Origin: Eledone cirrhosa
Lineage: Eukaryota
NCBI GenBank assembly: GCA_964016885.1
Contig: OZ024747.1
Location: forward strand, 71,238,001-71,302,000
Length of the DNA stretch: 64,000 nucleotides
Direction of reading: 5' to 3'
The position numbers and the translations under genes are program-made. The notes below the pieces were generated by a model. The model searched no databases. It worked only from the letters and a program-made list of their open reading frames with translations, and had not been told where the DNA came from. Positions 13,887 to 25,383 of this stretch are shown piece after piece (within the stretch, counting starts at the first letter, position 1; each line of letters starts with the position of its first letter).

Positions 13887-14010
13887 TACTAATAAATGAG
13901 AAATAAGTTAACATATTATTTGTGGTATATAAATGTTGAGTGTTGAGGAAGTAATTTACTGCCACTTGAAGGATCATGACCATAGGGTTATGTCGAATAA
14001 CCAATTTCTT

Positions 14011-14075
14011 GTGTTTTATCTGATGAAAGCGTACTCAAAAACCACTGTACCCTTGAAATATATGTAATAAAATAT
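14011..14075 (+). ncRNA. Minimal type I hammerhead ribozyme motif (Penelope-like)
   Basis: GTGTTTTAT-CTGATGA-AAG.C.GTAC-loop-GTAC.C.CTT-GAAA-TATATG-TA-ATAAAATAT, lying between about 27-bp inverted repeats (about 13879-13906 and 14096-14123). Confidence 0.7.
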
Positions 14076-14191
14076 ATACTTTGGTTATGTGAAAGTATTT
14101 CTCATTTATTAATATTTTGAATATTAAGGATACTCCAGATAAATCTTGTCGAGTTGTTCTAATCTGTTGTAAAAATAAATTCGTTGAATAA

Positions 14192-15920
14192 CACCGTGTA
14201 ACAAAAAAAAATTTCTTCTCTGTTTCTGGCTGTAATCAGTTTTTTGTGTTACTTAAGTCCCAAATAAATAAAAAAAAGTGCTATTAAACAGTTCAAAGTT
14301 TGGGTTTGTAAAAATTCTAAGCTATTTACTAGAATTATTTGTATGCTGGATTTTACGTTGTATGTAAGTTTAATTTGCTTATGTTAAATGGGTTTTTTTA
14401 TATATGTTTCAGGTTAAATTAAAATTATAAAATAAAGAGTAATACCTAAAGAAAATTATACAAGTGCAATAAAGTATAAAATTGTTAAAAAGTGGATTAA
14501 AGAGATTTATTGATATGGATTTTCGCACCCTGAATAAAGGGTAAGTTGTGTTTTAAGCATTCGTCTCCAGGATGAAGCAGTGGAACTTGGTCAAGGAGGA
14601 AGTGCGGGTGACAAGTCAGAGAAGTCGACACGAACCTTTCTCATGCTTTTACACTCTTAGGGATGGCCTCTGCTTCTGCCATGACGTGCCTGGACTGTTT
14701 GCCGTTATTGGGGTGCCGTTTATGCCCAAGGAGTGGCGGCTATTTATAGACAGCTCCACCACAAGTTTGAAGGCTGTCCTCCTCCACAATGGAAACAAGT
14801 TCCCGACACTGCTCCTAGCTCATTCAGTTTGCCTGAAGGAAGATTACTACAGTGTGAAAGTCCTCTTGGAAGCTCTGCAATACAACCAGTACAATTGGGA
14901 AATCATTGGAGACTTCAAGATGGTGGCTTTCCTGCTTGAACTCCAAGGAGGCTTTATCAAATTCCAATGCTTCCTCTGCCTTTGGGACAGCAGAGCCACC
15001 TCTGACCACTACAAAAGAAAGAACTGGGAGCAGCGAACAGAATTTGTAGTTGGGACCCGGAACGTCATGTGGGAGCCACTGGTTGATCCCAGGATTGTGC
15101 TCATGCCGCCACTACACATTAAGTTGGGGTTGATGAAGCAGTTTGTGAAGGCTCTCAACCAAGAATCAGCCGCTTTTAAGTACCTTCTTGAGTTCTGCCC
15201 CAAGTTATCTGAGGCCAAAATCAAAGGTGGAATTTTTGTTGTACCTCAGATAAAGAAGGTTTGCGTCTACCGAGTTCTCCAATAAGCTCAATAGGATTGA
15301 GAGAACAGCATGGAACTGTTTCAAGGCAGATGTTAAGGGCTTCCTGGGCAACTACAGAGCTGAAAACTACCAGCAACTGGTGCAGGATCTGATAAAGGCT
15401 TTTGTCGCCATGGGATGCAGGATGTCGCTTAAACTCCATATGCTGGACGCTGACCTGGAAAAATTCAAGGACAATATGGGCGCCTACTCAGAAGAACAAG
15501 GCGAACGATTCCACCAAGATGTGAAAGAGATAGAGCGGAGGTACCAGGGCCACTACAATGAAAAAATGATGGGGGACTATATCTGGGGGCTAGTGGGGAA
15601 TGCCCCCTGGACTACAACCGCAAATCCAGTCATTTCTGACGTGTATAAGTTGCTTTATAAGTGTTATTTGTTTTTACTTGTTTGCTTTTGATAAGCTTGT
15701 GTAATAAAATAAATATATACTCTGTTGATTTAATTATATGAACTGATAAATTTTTTTAAAATGTGTTTTTTCTTAAAAAATATGAAAATTTTGAAATATC
15801 AAACTTCTGACAACAAACCCAAACTTCTGATTAAATAATAGTGTTTTTTTAATAATAATGGGATATACCAAACCAGGAAATGATACTTAGAAGCGGGAAC
15901 AAAACATATGTTACACAGTG
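14192..15920 (+). mobile_element. Chapaev3-like (CMC/Transib-related) DNA transposon with TIRs and TAA TSD
   Basis: TAA|CACCGTGTAACA ... TGTTACACAGTG|TAA: an 11/12 terminal inverted match and a 3-bp TAA duplication, enclosing a transposase remnant. Confidence 0.75.
14572..15650 (+). pseudogene. Frameshifted, N-terminally deleted DDE transposase
   Basis: Motifs WRLFIDSS, GDFKM..CFLC, PPLHIKLG, SLKLH and EEQGERFHQD are split over ORFs 14572-15285 and 15380-15691. Confidence 0.8.
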
Positions 15921-15947
15921 TAATCGATGAACCATATAAACTTTTGG

Positions 15948-15997
<50 letters not shown>

Positions 15998-16001
<4 letters not shown>

Positions 16002-16524
16002 AGCTTCTATAAATCTCGGTAGAAGCGAAGGGATATGCAATCTTGATAACCGCCAACAAGCGATAAACGGCCGTCAGTTGCTTCCGTTTGCTTTTGCCGA
16101 GACCAAGTAAGTGAAATAGTCACTAATTTCAAACTCATAGCAAATGGCGTTCTAAAAGTTTTTAAATAAACATACAGTATATTATCAAATATACTATACA
16201 TACATTCATACATACATCGCTATTTCAAAGCACTGATAGTAATTCCTAATTTTTGCTGGACCGGCAACCGCTCTGTTTAATCAGCTCTTAAACATCACTG
16301 GAATTCTATAAGAATCCGGCTTCTATAAATTTCGGCAGAAACGAAGGGATATGCAATCTTGATAACCATCTAACGAACGAGAAACGGCCGTCGGTTGCTT
16401 CCCTTTGCTTTTGCCGAGACCAAGTAAGTGACATAGTCACTACTTTAAAACTCATAGTGAATAATCCTCAAAATGTTTTAAAATAAACATACAGTATATT
16501 ATCAAATATACTATACATACATTC

Positions 16525-16530
<6 letters not shown>
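15998..16530. repeat. Diverged direct repeat, about 210-bp unit, period 316 bp
   Basis: CTTCTATAAAT..CGAAGGGATATGCAATCTTGATAACC..GCCGAGACCAAGTAAGTGA..TATACATACATTCATA starts at 16004 and again at 16320. Confidence 0.9.
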
Positions 16531-16610
<80 letters not shown>

Positions 16611-16613
<3 letters not shown>

Positions 16614-19600
16614 CCTCGATAAGGGTGTTTAAATATCGAACATAAACAGTTCGAATAACGGTGAAATGGAGACTAGAACGTCATGTGACAGACTCTCACC
16701 CAACAGGTGGCCCCTGGCTCAGCAGCAGGAACCTGACTGTCAACCAAATACTGCTGATGTTGGAGGAAGAAGAAGGAAAGGGGCCAGAACCAACTGGACG
16801 AAAGAATTGAATAGAACTGTTATGCAATGCTACCTGAAAAGTAACCCCAAGGAGAGGGGCTACAGGAGACGGATGCATAACATCTGGAACGAGATTGGTT
16901 TATTTAAATTAGATGAACAAAAAATAACCGGGCAGGCTCGGGTAATAAGAACTAATGGGTAGATAAGCGAGCTGGAACTGGAGGAACTGAGCAGAGAGAA
17001 TGGCTTGGAGATGGCGGGTGTAGTATGCCAGACAAGCGAGCCGGCGGGAAATGAAGGTGAGGAGGTCCTGAGAACGGAGGAACCACCCGAAGCAGACAAT
17101 GATCTGAATACTGAGATAAATAATACCTGGAACAGAGATACGGCCACTGAGGAGATGAATGCTGACGGGCTAGGACAAGATTCGGTTGACATCCTAAATT
17201 TAGTGGTAGATGAGTTGAACAATGATAGTGGGAGACCTATGAACCTAAGATTTGTAGACAGGAAAAAGTTAAAAGAAACAACAGCTAAGGTAAACAAAGT
17301 CATCCCATACCTTGAGGCGAGGAGTCTTCACCAGTGCAACAATATCCTCAAAGCAACAGCAAATACGGTGAGGAAACTACTTGGTATAAAAGCGAGAGGA
17401 AACAACAGACAAGAAAGAGCAGAGCCGTGGTGGAAGAAGCGACTGAGTGGGCAAATCGGGGAAATGAGAAATGACATAGGAAAGCTTGAGTCACTACTGA
17501 ATGGGACACTAAAAAACATAGGCACTAAAAATAGACTGGAAATAATATACAAAACTAGGAGTAAAAAGCTAAATATTATCATAGAGGAATTGAAGCAACG
17601 CATTGTAGCAAAGAGTGCCAAAATCAGGCGATACGAGAACAGAGTCAGTCAGTATAAACAGAACCGCATGTTCGACAACAACCAGAAGATGCTGTTTGGA
17701 CAGCTTGAGGGGAAAGAAAGAGACAACGACTTGATCCCTGGGGCGGAACAAGCTAAAACATTCTGGAGAGGAATATGGGAGCAGGATGTTAGACACAATG
17801 CCCAGGCAGGGTGGATTGAGACAGTTCAGAGGGAGATCGGTGAGCAGGCACAGCAACAGACTGATTTGAGTATCACTGTTGAAACTCTTAAGGGGCAAGC
17901 CAAAAAACTAACCAACTGGAAATCACCAGGCCCAGATGGTGTGCAGGGGTATTGGATTAAACATTTAACATCCCTCCACCCGAAGCTGACGGCCATGTTC
18001 AATGACTGCTTGGTGTCGGGTGAGGTGCCAGAGTGGTTGACAAAAGGTACCACAGTTCTGATAATGAAAGACCGAATCAAGGGTAATGATGTTACCAACT
18101 ATAGACCTATCACATGTCTGCCCGTAATGTGGAAACTGTTGACGAGCATTGTGTCTGAGGAAATCTACCATCACCTCCACACAAACAACTTGTTGCCGGA
18201 CGAACAGAAAGGATGCCGAAAGAAGTCACGTGGTACAAAGGACCAGTTGCTTATTGATAAGATGGTAATGGGGAATTGCAGGAGGAGACACACTGATCTT
18301 GCCATGGGATGGATAGACTACAGAAAGGCATTTGACATGGTGCCTCATTCCTGGATCACCAAAAGCCTGGAGATCTTCAGGGTGGCAGATAACATCAGAC
18401 AGTTGCTGGGCAGGAGTATGGGGTCCTGGGAGACAGAGTTGACATCAACTGGAGTATCCTTGGGAAGCGTGAAGATCAAGAGAGGTATCTTCCAGGGAGA
18501 TAGCCTGTCCCCTCTGTTGTTTGTCCTTGCCCTGATGCCCTTGACCATTATGCTGCGAAAAGTGAGAGCAGGATACAAGTTGGGAAGGGGAGAGCTTACC
18601 ATCAATCACCTCCTCTTCATGGACGATCTTAAGCTCTTCGGGAAAAGTGAGAAGGAGTTGGATGTGCTTGTTGACACTGTCCGTATTTTCAGCAGTGATA
18701 TATGTATGCAGTTTGGTATTGGTAAATGTGGAGTCATTGTGATGAGGAGGGGTAGGTTGAGCAGAAGTAACGGGATCCAGATACCAACAGGTGAGATGAT
18801 AAAGGAAATTGACTCTGAGGAAGGATACAAGTATTTGGGCGTTCTGGAGGCTGATGGCATAAAGAACAAAAAAATGAAGGAATTGTTAAGAACTGAATAC
18901 ATTCGGAGAGTAAGGAGCGTATTGAAGTCACATCTGAACAGCAGAAATGCCATAAGCGCAGTAAATTCCCGAGCTGTGTCTATTATTAGGTACAGTGCGG
19001 GAATTCTGAGATGGAATGTTGCTGAACAAAAAGAAATGGATAGGAAGACTAGGAAGCTATTGACTATCTACAACATGTTCCACAAGAGGAGTGATGTCGA
19101 TAGACTCTACCTAAGGAGATCTAAGGGTGGAAGAGGTCTTATCAGCATAGAGGACTGTGTTCAGATGGAGAAAAACAACCTATACAAATACGTGACCTAT
19201 AGTAAGGAGCCAATGCTCAGAACTGTACTGAAGGAGGGGACAGTAGGCCAGGGGATGTCCAAGGAGGAAATAACATCAAGGAGGAAGAGCAGCCTTAAGG
19301 GAAAATCCCTTCATAGTACCTTCTTTGAGAAAACTGAATTTAGAGATCCACAGACATGGAACTGGTTGAGAAGAGGAGACCTCAAAAAGGCTACAGAAGG
19401 AATGCTAATGGCTGCGCAGGAGCAGGCCCTCAAAACGAAGTGGTTGAAGCACCATATCTACAAGGAGGAGGCTAGCCCACTGTGCAGGATCTGTGGAGAG
19501 AGAGAGGAGACTGTGGCTCACATTGTGTCCGAGTGTAAACACCTAGCCCAGACCCACTATAAGGGCTGGAGACACGATGTGATGGGCAGGGTGATCCACT

Positions 19601-20164
19601 GGCACCTGTGCAAAGTAAACAATCTACCACATTCTGAGAAATGGTATGAGCATAGGCCAGAGGCGGTGATGGAGAACAGTCAGGTGAAGGTGCTGTGGGA
19701 TTTTAGGATACAGACGGACAAAAAACTGGAACACAATAGACCTGACCTGGTGGTTGTGGACAAAGAAAAAAGATCGTGCCTGATTGTGGATGTGGCCTGC
19801 CCGTTCGACACGAGAGTGCAAGAGAAGGAGAGGGAGAAAATTAACCGATACCAGGACCTAAAGTGGGAGGTGAAAAGGATTTGGAACTGCCATGAAGTCA
19901 AAGTGATCCCGATTGTCATAGGCGCACTGGGGACTATCTCCAAAGGTTTCCAGGGATGGTTAAAGAAAATCGGCCCCTTCACGCTTTTTGGAACGCTTCA
20001 AAAGGCATGCTTGCTTGGAACGGCAAGAACCCTCCGATACGTCCTGAATATCTGAGGCTGCAGGTAGTGGCTTGATATTCAATCCAACGGACTTTCCAGT
20101 TAACCAACATCAATGACTGAGATTCAAGGAATAACAATAACAATAATAATAATAATAATAATAA
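16611..20164 (+). mobile_element. Dong/R4-clade non-LTR retrotransposon, copy 1
   Basis: Nearly identical to copy 2; flanked by (TAA)n on both sides. Confidence 0.93.
16666..20055 (+). pseudogene. RT-RLE ORF with a single premature stop (TGG to TAG at 16960-16962); the downstream 1016 aa are open
   Basis: ORFs 16666-16962 and 17005-20055 are in frame and match ORF 21239-24631. Confidence 0.88.
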
Positions 20165-21183
20165 AGGGAAGAAGACGCACGAGGTGACGGAGGTCATGAA
20201 ATCGCTCCCGTAAGTTTTGAATTTTTAACATATTTAAACCATTTGTGAAATAACAACTCTTAGTACAAATGCTACGTAAAGCACCCGGCTTGAGCCCCAA
20301 AAAATTCGGACCCAAAATATATTGTTATAAGGCTCAAATATTCAAATATTCAACTTTGTATTGTACACTGTATATCCAAAAAAAAAAAAAAAAAATGGCT
20401 ATAAATGGAAGAAGAACCCCTCCCCTCCTCTCCTCTGGCTACACTATATAGGACAGCTAAACTCACCAACACCAGAAACTAAATACACCACCCACCCCAT
20501 CATCTGTGTACACTAAACACAACAGCCAGATAACGACACATTTTCACCTTCACCGCCACCGCTCACTACGGCCATCATTACCACCACTATCCCATCACCG
20601 CCGCCACCACCCCTTGACTCCGCTACAGCACCATCACTACAGTAATACGGTCACATCACCGCCACCACTGCCTCGGTATCGACATCACCACCACCACTGT
20701 CTCAGTATCGCTAACGCCGCCAGTCTCCCACTTCCCTGCTGGCTGCTACTTCCACATTATAGAATTCCTACTACTAACAAAGAGGAAGGCATCAAAATAT
20801 ATAGATAGACCCAAAAGAAAAAAGAAAAAACAAACAACAAAACCAAAGCAGCACAGCAACAACAGCAAAAAACGAGAAAAACAAACAGAGAAAAACAAAA
20901 ACAAAAAAAAGAAACCCCAAAAACGTAAAGAAAATAAGAATGAAGAGAGAAGCAGGCGGACGGACAGAGAAGAGGGGGGAAAAAGTAAAACTTAAAAAAC
21001 TAAAACTAAGTCAGACATTCGAACACTACATTACAATGAAACTTATGCTTATTCATTTTTGGGGCCCTTTCTGCCTGTGTGTTTGTTTGTTTATGTGTGT
21101 TCGTATACAGCGTGGTGATAATGCCACACAAGGGCCAAGTGGGATGGCGGATCCACAGATGGCTATGTAAACATACATTCGCC

Positions 21184-24100
21184 AATCCTCGATAAGAGTG
21201 TTTAAATATCGAACATAAACAGTTCGAATAACGGTGAAATGGAGACTAGAACGTCATGTGACAGACTCTCACCCAACAGGTGCCCCCTGGCTCAGCAGCA
21301 GGAACCTGACTGTCAACCAAATACTGCTGATGTTGGAGGAAGGAGAAGAAGGAAAGGGGCCAGAACCAACTGGACGAAAGAATTGAATAGAACTGTTATG
21401 CAATGCTACCTGAAAAGTAACCCCAAGGAGAGGGGCTACAGGAGACGGATGCATAACATCTGGAACGAGATTGGTTTATTTAAATTAGATGAACAAAAAT
21501 TGGCCGGGCAGGCTCAGGTAATAAGAACTAATGGGTGGATAAGCGAGCTGGAACTGGAGGAACTGAGCAGAGAGAATGGCTTGGAGATGGCGGGTGTAGT
21601 ATGCCAGACAAGCGAGCCGGTGGGAAATGAAGGTGAGGAGGTCCTGAGAACGGAGGAACCACCCGAAGCAGACAATGATCTGAATACTGAGATAAATAAT
21701 ACCTGGAACAGAGATACGGCCACTGAGGAGATGAATGCTGACGGGCTAGGACAAGATTCGGTTGACATCCTAAATTTAGTGGTAGATGAATTGAACAATG
21801 ATAGTGGGAGACCTATGAACCTAAGATTTGTAGACAGGAAAAAGTTAAAAGAAACAACAGCTAAGGTAAACAAAGTCATCCCATACCTTGAGGCGAGGAG
21901 CCTTCACCAGTGCAACAATATCCTCAAAGCAACAGCAAATACGGTGAGGAAACTACTTGGTATAAAAGCGAGAGGAAACAACAGACAAGAAAGAGCAGAG
22001 CCGTGGTGGAAGAAGCGACTGAGTGGGCAAATCGGGGAAATGAGAAATGACATAGGAAAGCTTGAGTCACTACTGAATGGGACACTAAAAAACATAGGCA
22101 CTAAAAATAGACTGGAAATAAAATACAAAACTAGGAGTAAAAAGCTAAATATTATCATAGAGGAATTGAAGCAACGCATTGTAGCAAAGAGTGCCAAAAT
22201 CAGGCGATACGAGAACAGAGTCAGTCAGTATAAACAGAACCGCATGTTCGACAACAACCAGAAGATGCTGTTTGGACAGCTTGAGGGGAAAGAAAGAGGC
22301 AACGACTTGATCCCTGGGGCGGAACAAGCTAAAACATTCTGGAGAGGAATATGGGAGCAGGATGTTAGACACAATGCCCAGGCAGGGTGGATTGAGACAG
22401 TACAGAGGGAGATCGGTGAGCAGGCACAACAACAGACTGATTTGAGTATCACAGTTGAAACTCTTAAGGGGCAAGCCAAAAAACTAACCAACTGGAAATC
22501 ACCAGGCCCAGATGGTGTGCAGGGGTATTGGATTAAACATTTAACATCCCTCCACCCGAAGCTGACGGCCATGTTCAATGACTGCTTGGTGTCGGGTGAG
22601 GTGCCAGAGTGGTTGACAAAAGGTACCACAGTTCTGATAATGAAAGACCGAATCAAGGGTAATGATGTTACCAACTATAGACCTATCACATGTCTGCCCG
22701 TAATGTGGAAACTGTTGACGAGCATTGTGTCTGAGGAAATCTACCATCACCTCCACACAAACAACTTGTTACCGGACGAACAGAAAGGATGCCGAAAGAA
22801 GTCACGTGGTACAAAGGACCAGTTGCTTATTGATAAGATGGTAATGGGGAATTGCAGGAAGAGACACACTGATCTTGCCATGGGATGGATAGACTACAGA
22901 AAGGCATTTGACATGGTGCCTCATTCCTGGATCACCAAAAGCCTGGAGATCTTCAGGGTGGCAGATAACATCAGACAGTTGCTGGGCAGGAGTATGGGGT
23001 CCTGGGAGACAGAGTTGACATCAACTGGAGTATCCTTGGGAAGCGTGAAGATCAAGAGAGGTATCTTCCAGGGAGATAGCCTGTCCCCTCTGTTGTTTGT
23101 CCTTGCCCTGATGCCCTTGACCATTATGCTGCGAAAAGTGAGAGCAGGATACAAGTTGGGAAGGGGAGAGCTTACCATCAATCACCTCCTCTTCATGGAC
23201 GATCTTAAGCTCTTCGGGAAAAGTGAGAAGGAGTTGGATGTGCTTGTTGACACTGTCCGTATTTTCAGCAGTGATATATGTATGCAGTTTGGTATTGGTA
23301 AATGTGGAGTCATTGTGATGAAGAGGGGTAGGTTGAGCAGAAGTAACGGGATCCAGATACCAACAGGTGAGATGATAAAGGAAATTGACTCTGAGGAAGG
23401 ATACAAGTATTTGGGCGTTCTGGAGGCTGATGGCATAAAGAACAAAAAAATGAAGGAATTGTTAAGAACTGAATACATTCGGAGAGTAAGGAGCGTATTG
23501 AAGTCACATCTGAACAGCAGAAATGCCATAAGCGCAGTAAATTCCCGAGCTGTGTCTATTATTAGGTACAGTGCGGGAATTCTGAGATGGAATGTTGCTG
23601 AACAAAAAGAAATGGATAGGAAGACTAGGAAGCTATTGACTATCTACAACATGTTCCACAAGAGGAGTGATGTCGATAGACTCTACCTAAGGAGATCTGA
23701 GGGTGGAAGAGGTCTTATCAGCATAGAGGACTGTGTTCAGATGGAGAAAAACAACCTATACAAATACGTGACCTATAGTAAGGAGCCAATGCTCAGAACT
23801 GTACTGAAGGAGGGGACAGTAGGCCAGGGGATGTCCAAGGAGGAAATAACATCAAGGAGGAAGAGCAGCCTTAAGGGAAAATCCCTTCATAGTACCTTCT
23901 TTGAGAAAACTGAATTTAGAGATCCGCAGACATGGAACTGGTTGAGAAGAGGAGACCTCAAAAAGGCTACTGAAGGAATGCTAATGGCTGCGCAGGAGCA
24001 GGCCCTCAAAACGAAGTGGTTAAAGCACCATATCTACAAGGAGGAGGCTAGCCCACTGTGCAGGATCTGTGGAGAGAGAGAGGAGACTGTGGCTCACATT

Positions 24101-24741
24101 GTGTCCGAGTGTAAACACCTAGCCCAGACCCACTATAAGGGCTGGAGACACGATGTGATGGGCAGGGTGATCCACTGGCACCTGTGCAAAGTAAACAATC
24201 TACCACATTCTGAGAAATGGTATGAGCATAGGCCAGAGGCGGTGATGGAGAACAGTCAGGTGAAGGTGCTGTGGGATTTTAGGATACAGACGGACAAAAA
24301 ACTGGAACACAATAGACCTGACCTGGTGGTTGTGGACAAAGAAAAAAGATCGTGCCTGATTGTGGATGTGGCCTGCCCGTTCGACACGAGAGTGCAAGAG
24401 AAGGAGAGGGAGAAAATTAACCGATACCAGGACTTAAAGTGGGAGGTGAAAAGGATTTGGAACTGCCATGAAGTCAAAGTGATCCCGATTGTCATAGGCG
24501 CACTGGGGACTATCTCCAAAGGTTTCCAGGGATGGTTAAAGAAAATCGGCCCCTTCACGCTTTTTGGAACGCTTCAAAAGGCATGCTTGCTTGGAACAGC
24601 AAGAACCCTCCGATACGTCCTGAATATCTGAGGCTGCAGGTAGTGGCTTGATATTCAATCCAACGGACTTTCCAGTTAACCAACATCAATGACTGAGATT
24701 CAAGGAATAACAATAACAATAATAATAATAATAATAATAAT
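21184..24741 (+). mobile_element. Dong/R4-clade non-LTR retrotransposon, copy 2 (intact ORF; the 5' end may extend to about 20165)
   Basis: Single ORF, short 3' UTR, (TAA)n tail. Confidence 0.93.
21239..24631 (+). CDS. Reverse transcriptase plus restriction-like endonuclease polyprotein (1130 aa)
   Basis: KSPGPDG, YRPITCL, DYRKAFD, GIFQGDSLSP, LFMDDLK, YKYLG; CRIC..ETVAHIVSEC zinc finger; RHD; RPDLVVVD..D..K..Y RLE motif. Confidence 0.95.
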   Translation: METRTSCDRLSPNRCPLAQQQEPDCQPNTADVGGRRRRKGARTNWTKELNRTVMQCYLKSNPKERGYRRRMHNIWNEIGLFKLDEQKLAGQAQVIRTNGWISELELEELSRENGLEMAGVVCQTSEPVGNEGEEVLRTEEPPEADNDLNTEINNTWNRDTATEEMNADGLGQDSVDILNLVVDELNNDSGRPMNLRFVDRKKLKETTAKVNKVIPYLEARSLHQCNNILKATANTVRKLLGIKARGNNRQERAEPWWKKRLSGQIGEMRNDIGKLESLLNGTLKNIGTKNRLEIKYKTRSKKLNIIIEELKQRIVAKSAKIRRYENRVSQYKQNRMFDNNQKMLFGQLEGKERGNDLIPGAEQAKTFWRGIWEQDVRHNAQAGWIETVQREIGEQAQQQTDLSITVETLKGQAKKLTNWKSPGPDGVQGYWIKHLTSLHPKLTAMFNDCLVSGEVPEWLTKGTTVLIMKDRIKGNDVTNYRPITCLPVMWKLLTSIVSEEIYHHLHTNNLLPDEQKGCRKKSRGTKDQLLIDKMVMGNCRKRHTDLAMGWIDYRKAFDMVPHSWITKSLEIFRVADNIRQLLGRSMGSWETELTSTGVSLGSVKIKRGIFQGDSLSPLLFVLALMPLTIMLRKVRAGYKLGRGELTINHLLFMDDLKLFGKSEKELDVLVDTVRIFSSDICMQFGIGKCGVIVMKRGRLSRSNGIQIPTGEMIKEIDSEEGYKYLGVLEADGIKNKKMKELLRTEYIRRVRSVLKSHLNSRNAISAVNSRAVSIIRYSAGILRWNVAEQKEMDRKTRKLLTIYNMFHKRSDVDRLYLRRSEGGRGLISIEDCVQMEKNNLYKYVTYSKEPMLRTVLKEGTVGQGMSKEEITSRRKSSLKGKSLHSTFFEKTEFRDPQTWNWLRRGDLKKATEGMLMAAQEQALKTKWLKHHIYKEEASPLCRICGEREETVAHIVSECKHLAQTHYKGWRHDVMGRVIHWHLCKVNNLPHSEKWYEHRPEAVMENSQVKVLWDFRIQTDKKLEHNRPDLVVVDKEKRSCLIVDVACPFDTRVQEKEREKINRYQDLKWEVKRIWNCHEVKVIPIVIGALGTISKGFQGWLKKIGPFTLFGTLQKACLLGTARTLRYVLNI

Positions 24742-25094
24742 GTGGATGTGGCCTGCCCGTTCGACACGAGAGTGCAAGAGAAGGAGAGGGAGAAAATTAA
24801 CCGATACCAGGACCTAAAGTGGGAGGTGAAAAGGATTTGGAACTGCCATGAAGTCAAAGTGATCCCGATTGTCATAGGCGCACTGGGGACTATCTCCAAA
24901 GGTTTCCAGGGATGGTTAAAGAAAATCGGCCCCTTCACGCTTTTTGGAACGCTTCAAAAGGCATGCTTGCTTGGAACAGCAAGAACCCTCCGATACGTCC
25001 TGAATATCTGAGGCTGCAGGTAGTGGCTTGATATTCATTCCAACGGACTTTCCAGTTAACCAACATCAATGACTGAGATTCAAGGAATAACAAC

Positions 25095-25128
<34 letters not shown>
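24742..25128 (+). mobile_element. 5'-truncated Dong/R4 copy 3
   Basis: Last 89 codons plus 3' UTR plus (TAA)n, starting directly after the tail of copy 2. Confidence 0.93.
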
Positions 25129-25130
<2 letters not shown>

Positions 25131-25383
25131 CCGCGTATAGGAGAAATACAAAAGATAGTACTAATGGGAACTGCCCATATACTAAGGAAGATTCTGTCAA
25201 TATAAGTACATCACAAGTCTAAACACTAAAGATGCATGTGTGAGTATGTATGTTCTTTCTTGAACATGGCGGACCTTGTTGTCTCTTGAGGTCACTGGTT
25301 GTGACTTGGTGATAACTCGTATGAACATAAAGCAAGATAAATGCAACTGTAATAATAATAATAATAATGATAATAATAATAAT
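25129..25383 (+). mobile_element. 3' end of a different R4-like RLE family
   Basis: Translates PRIGEIQKIVLMGTAHILRKILSI*, compared with LQKACLLGTARTLRYVLNI* in the main family. It has a distinct 3' UTR and a (TAA)n tail. Confidence 0.8.

Noticed and set aside
21113-21160. Twister-like pattern TAA-TGCC-AC..AA-GT..GGCG-GA
   Set aside because: The P4 and T1 pairings fail.
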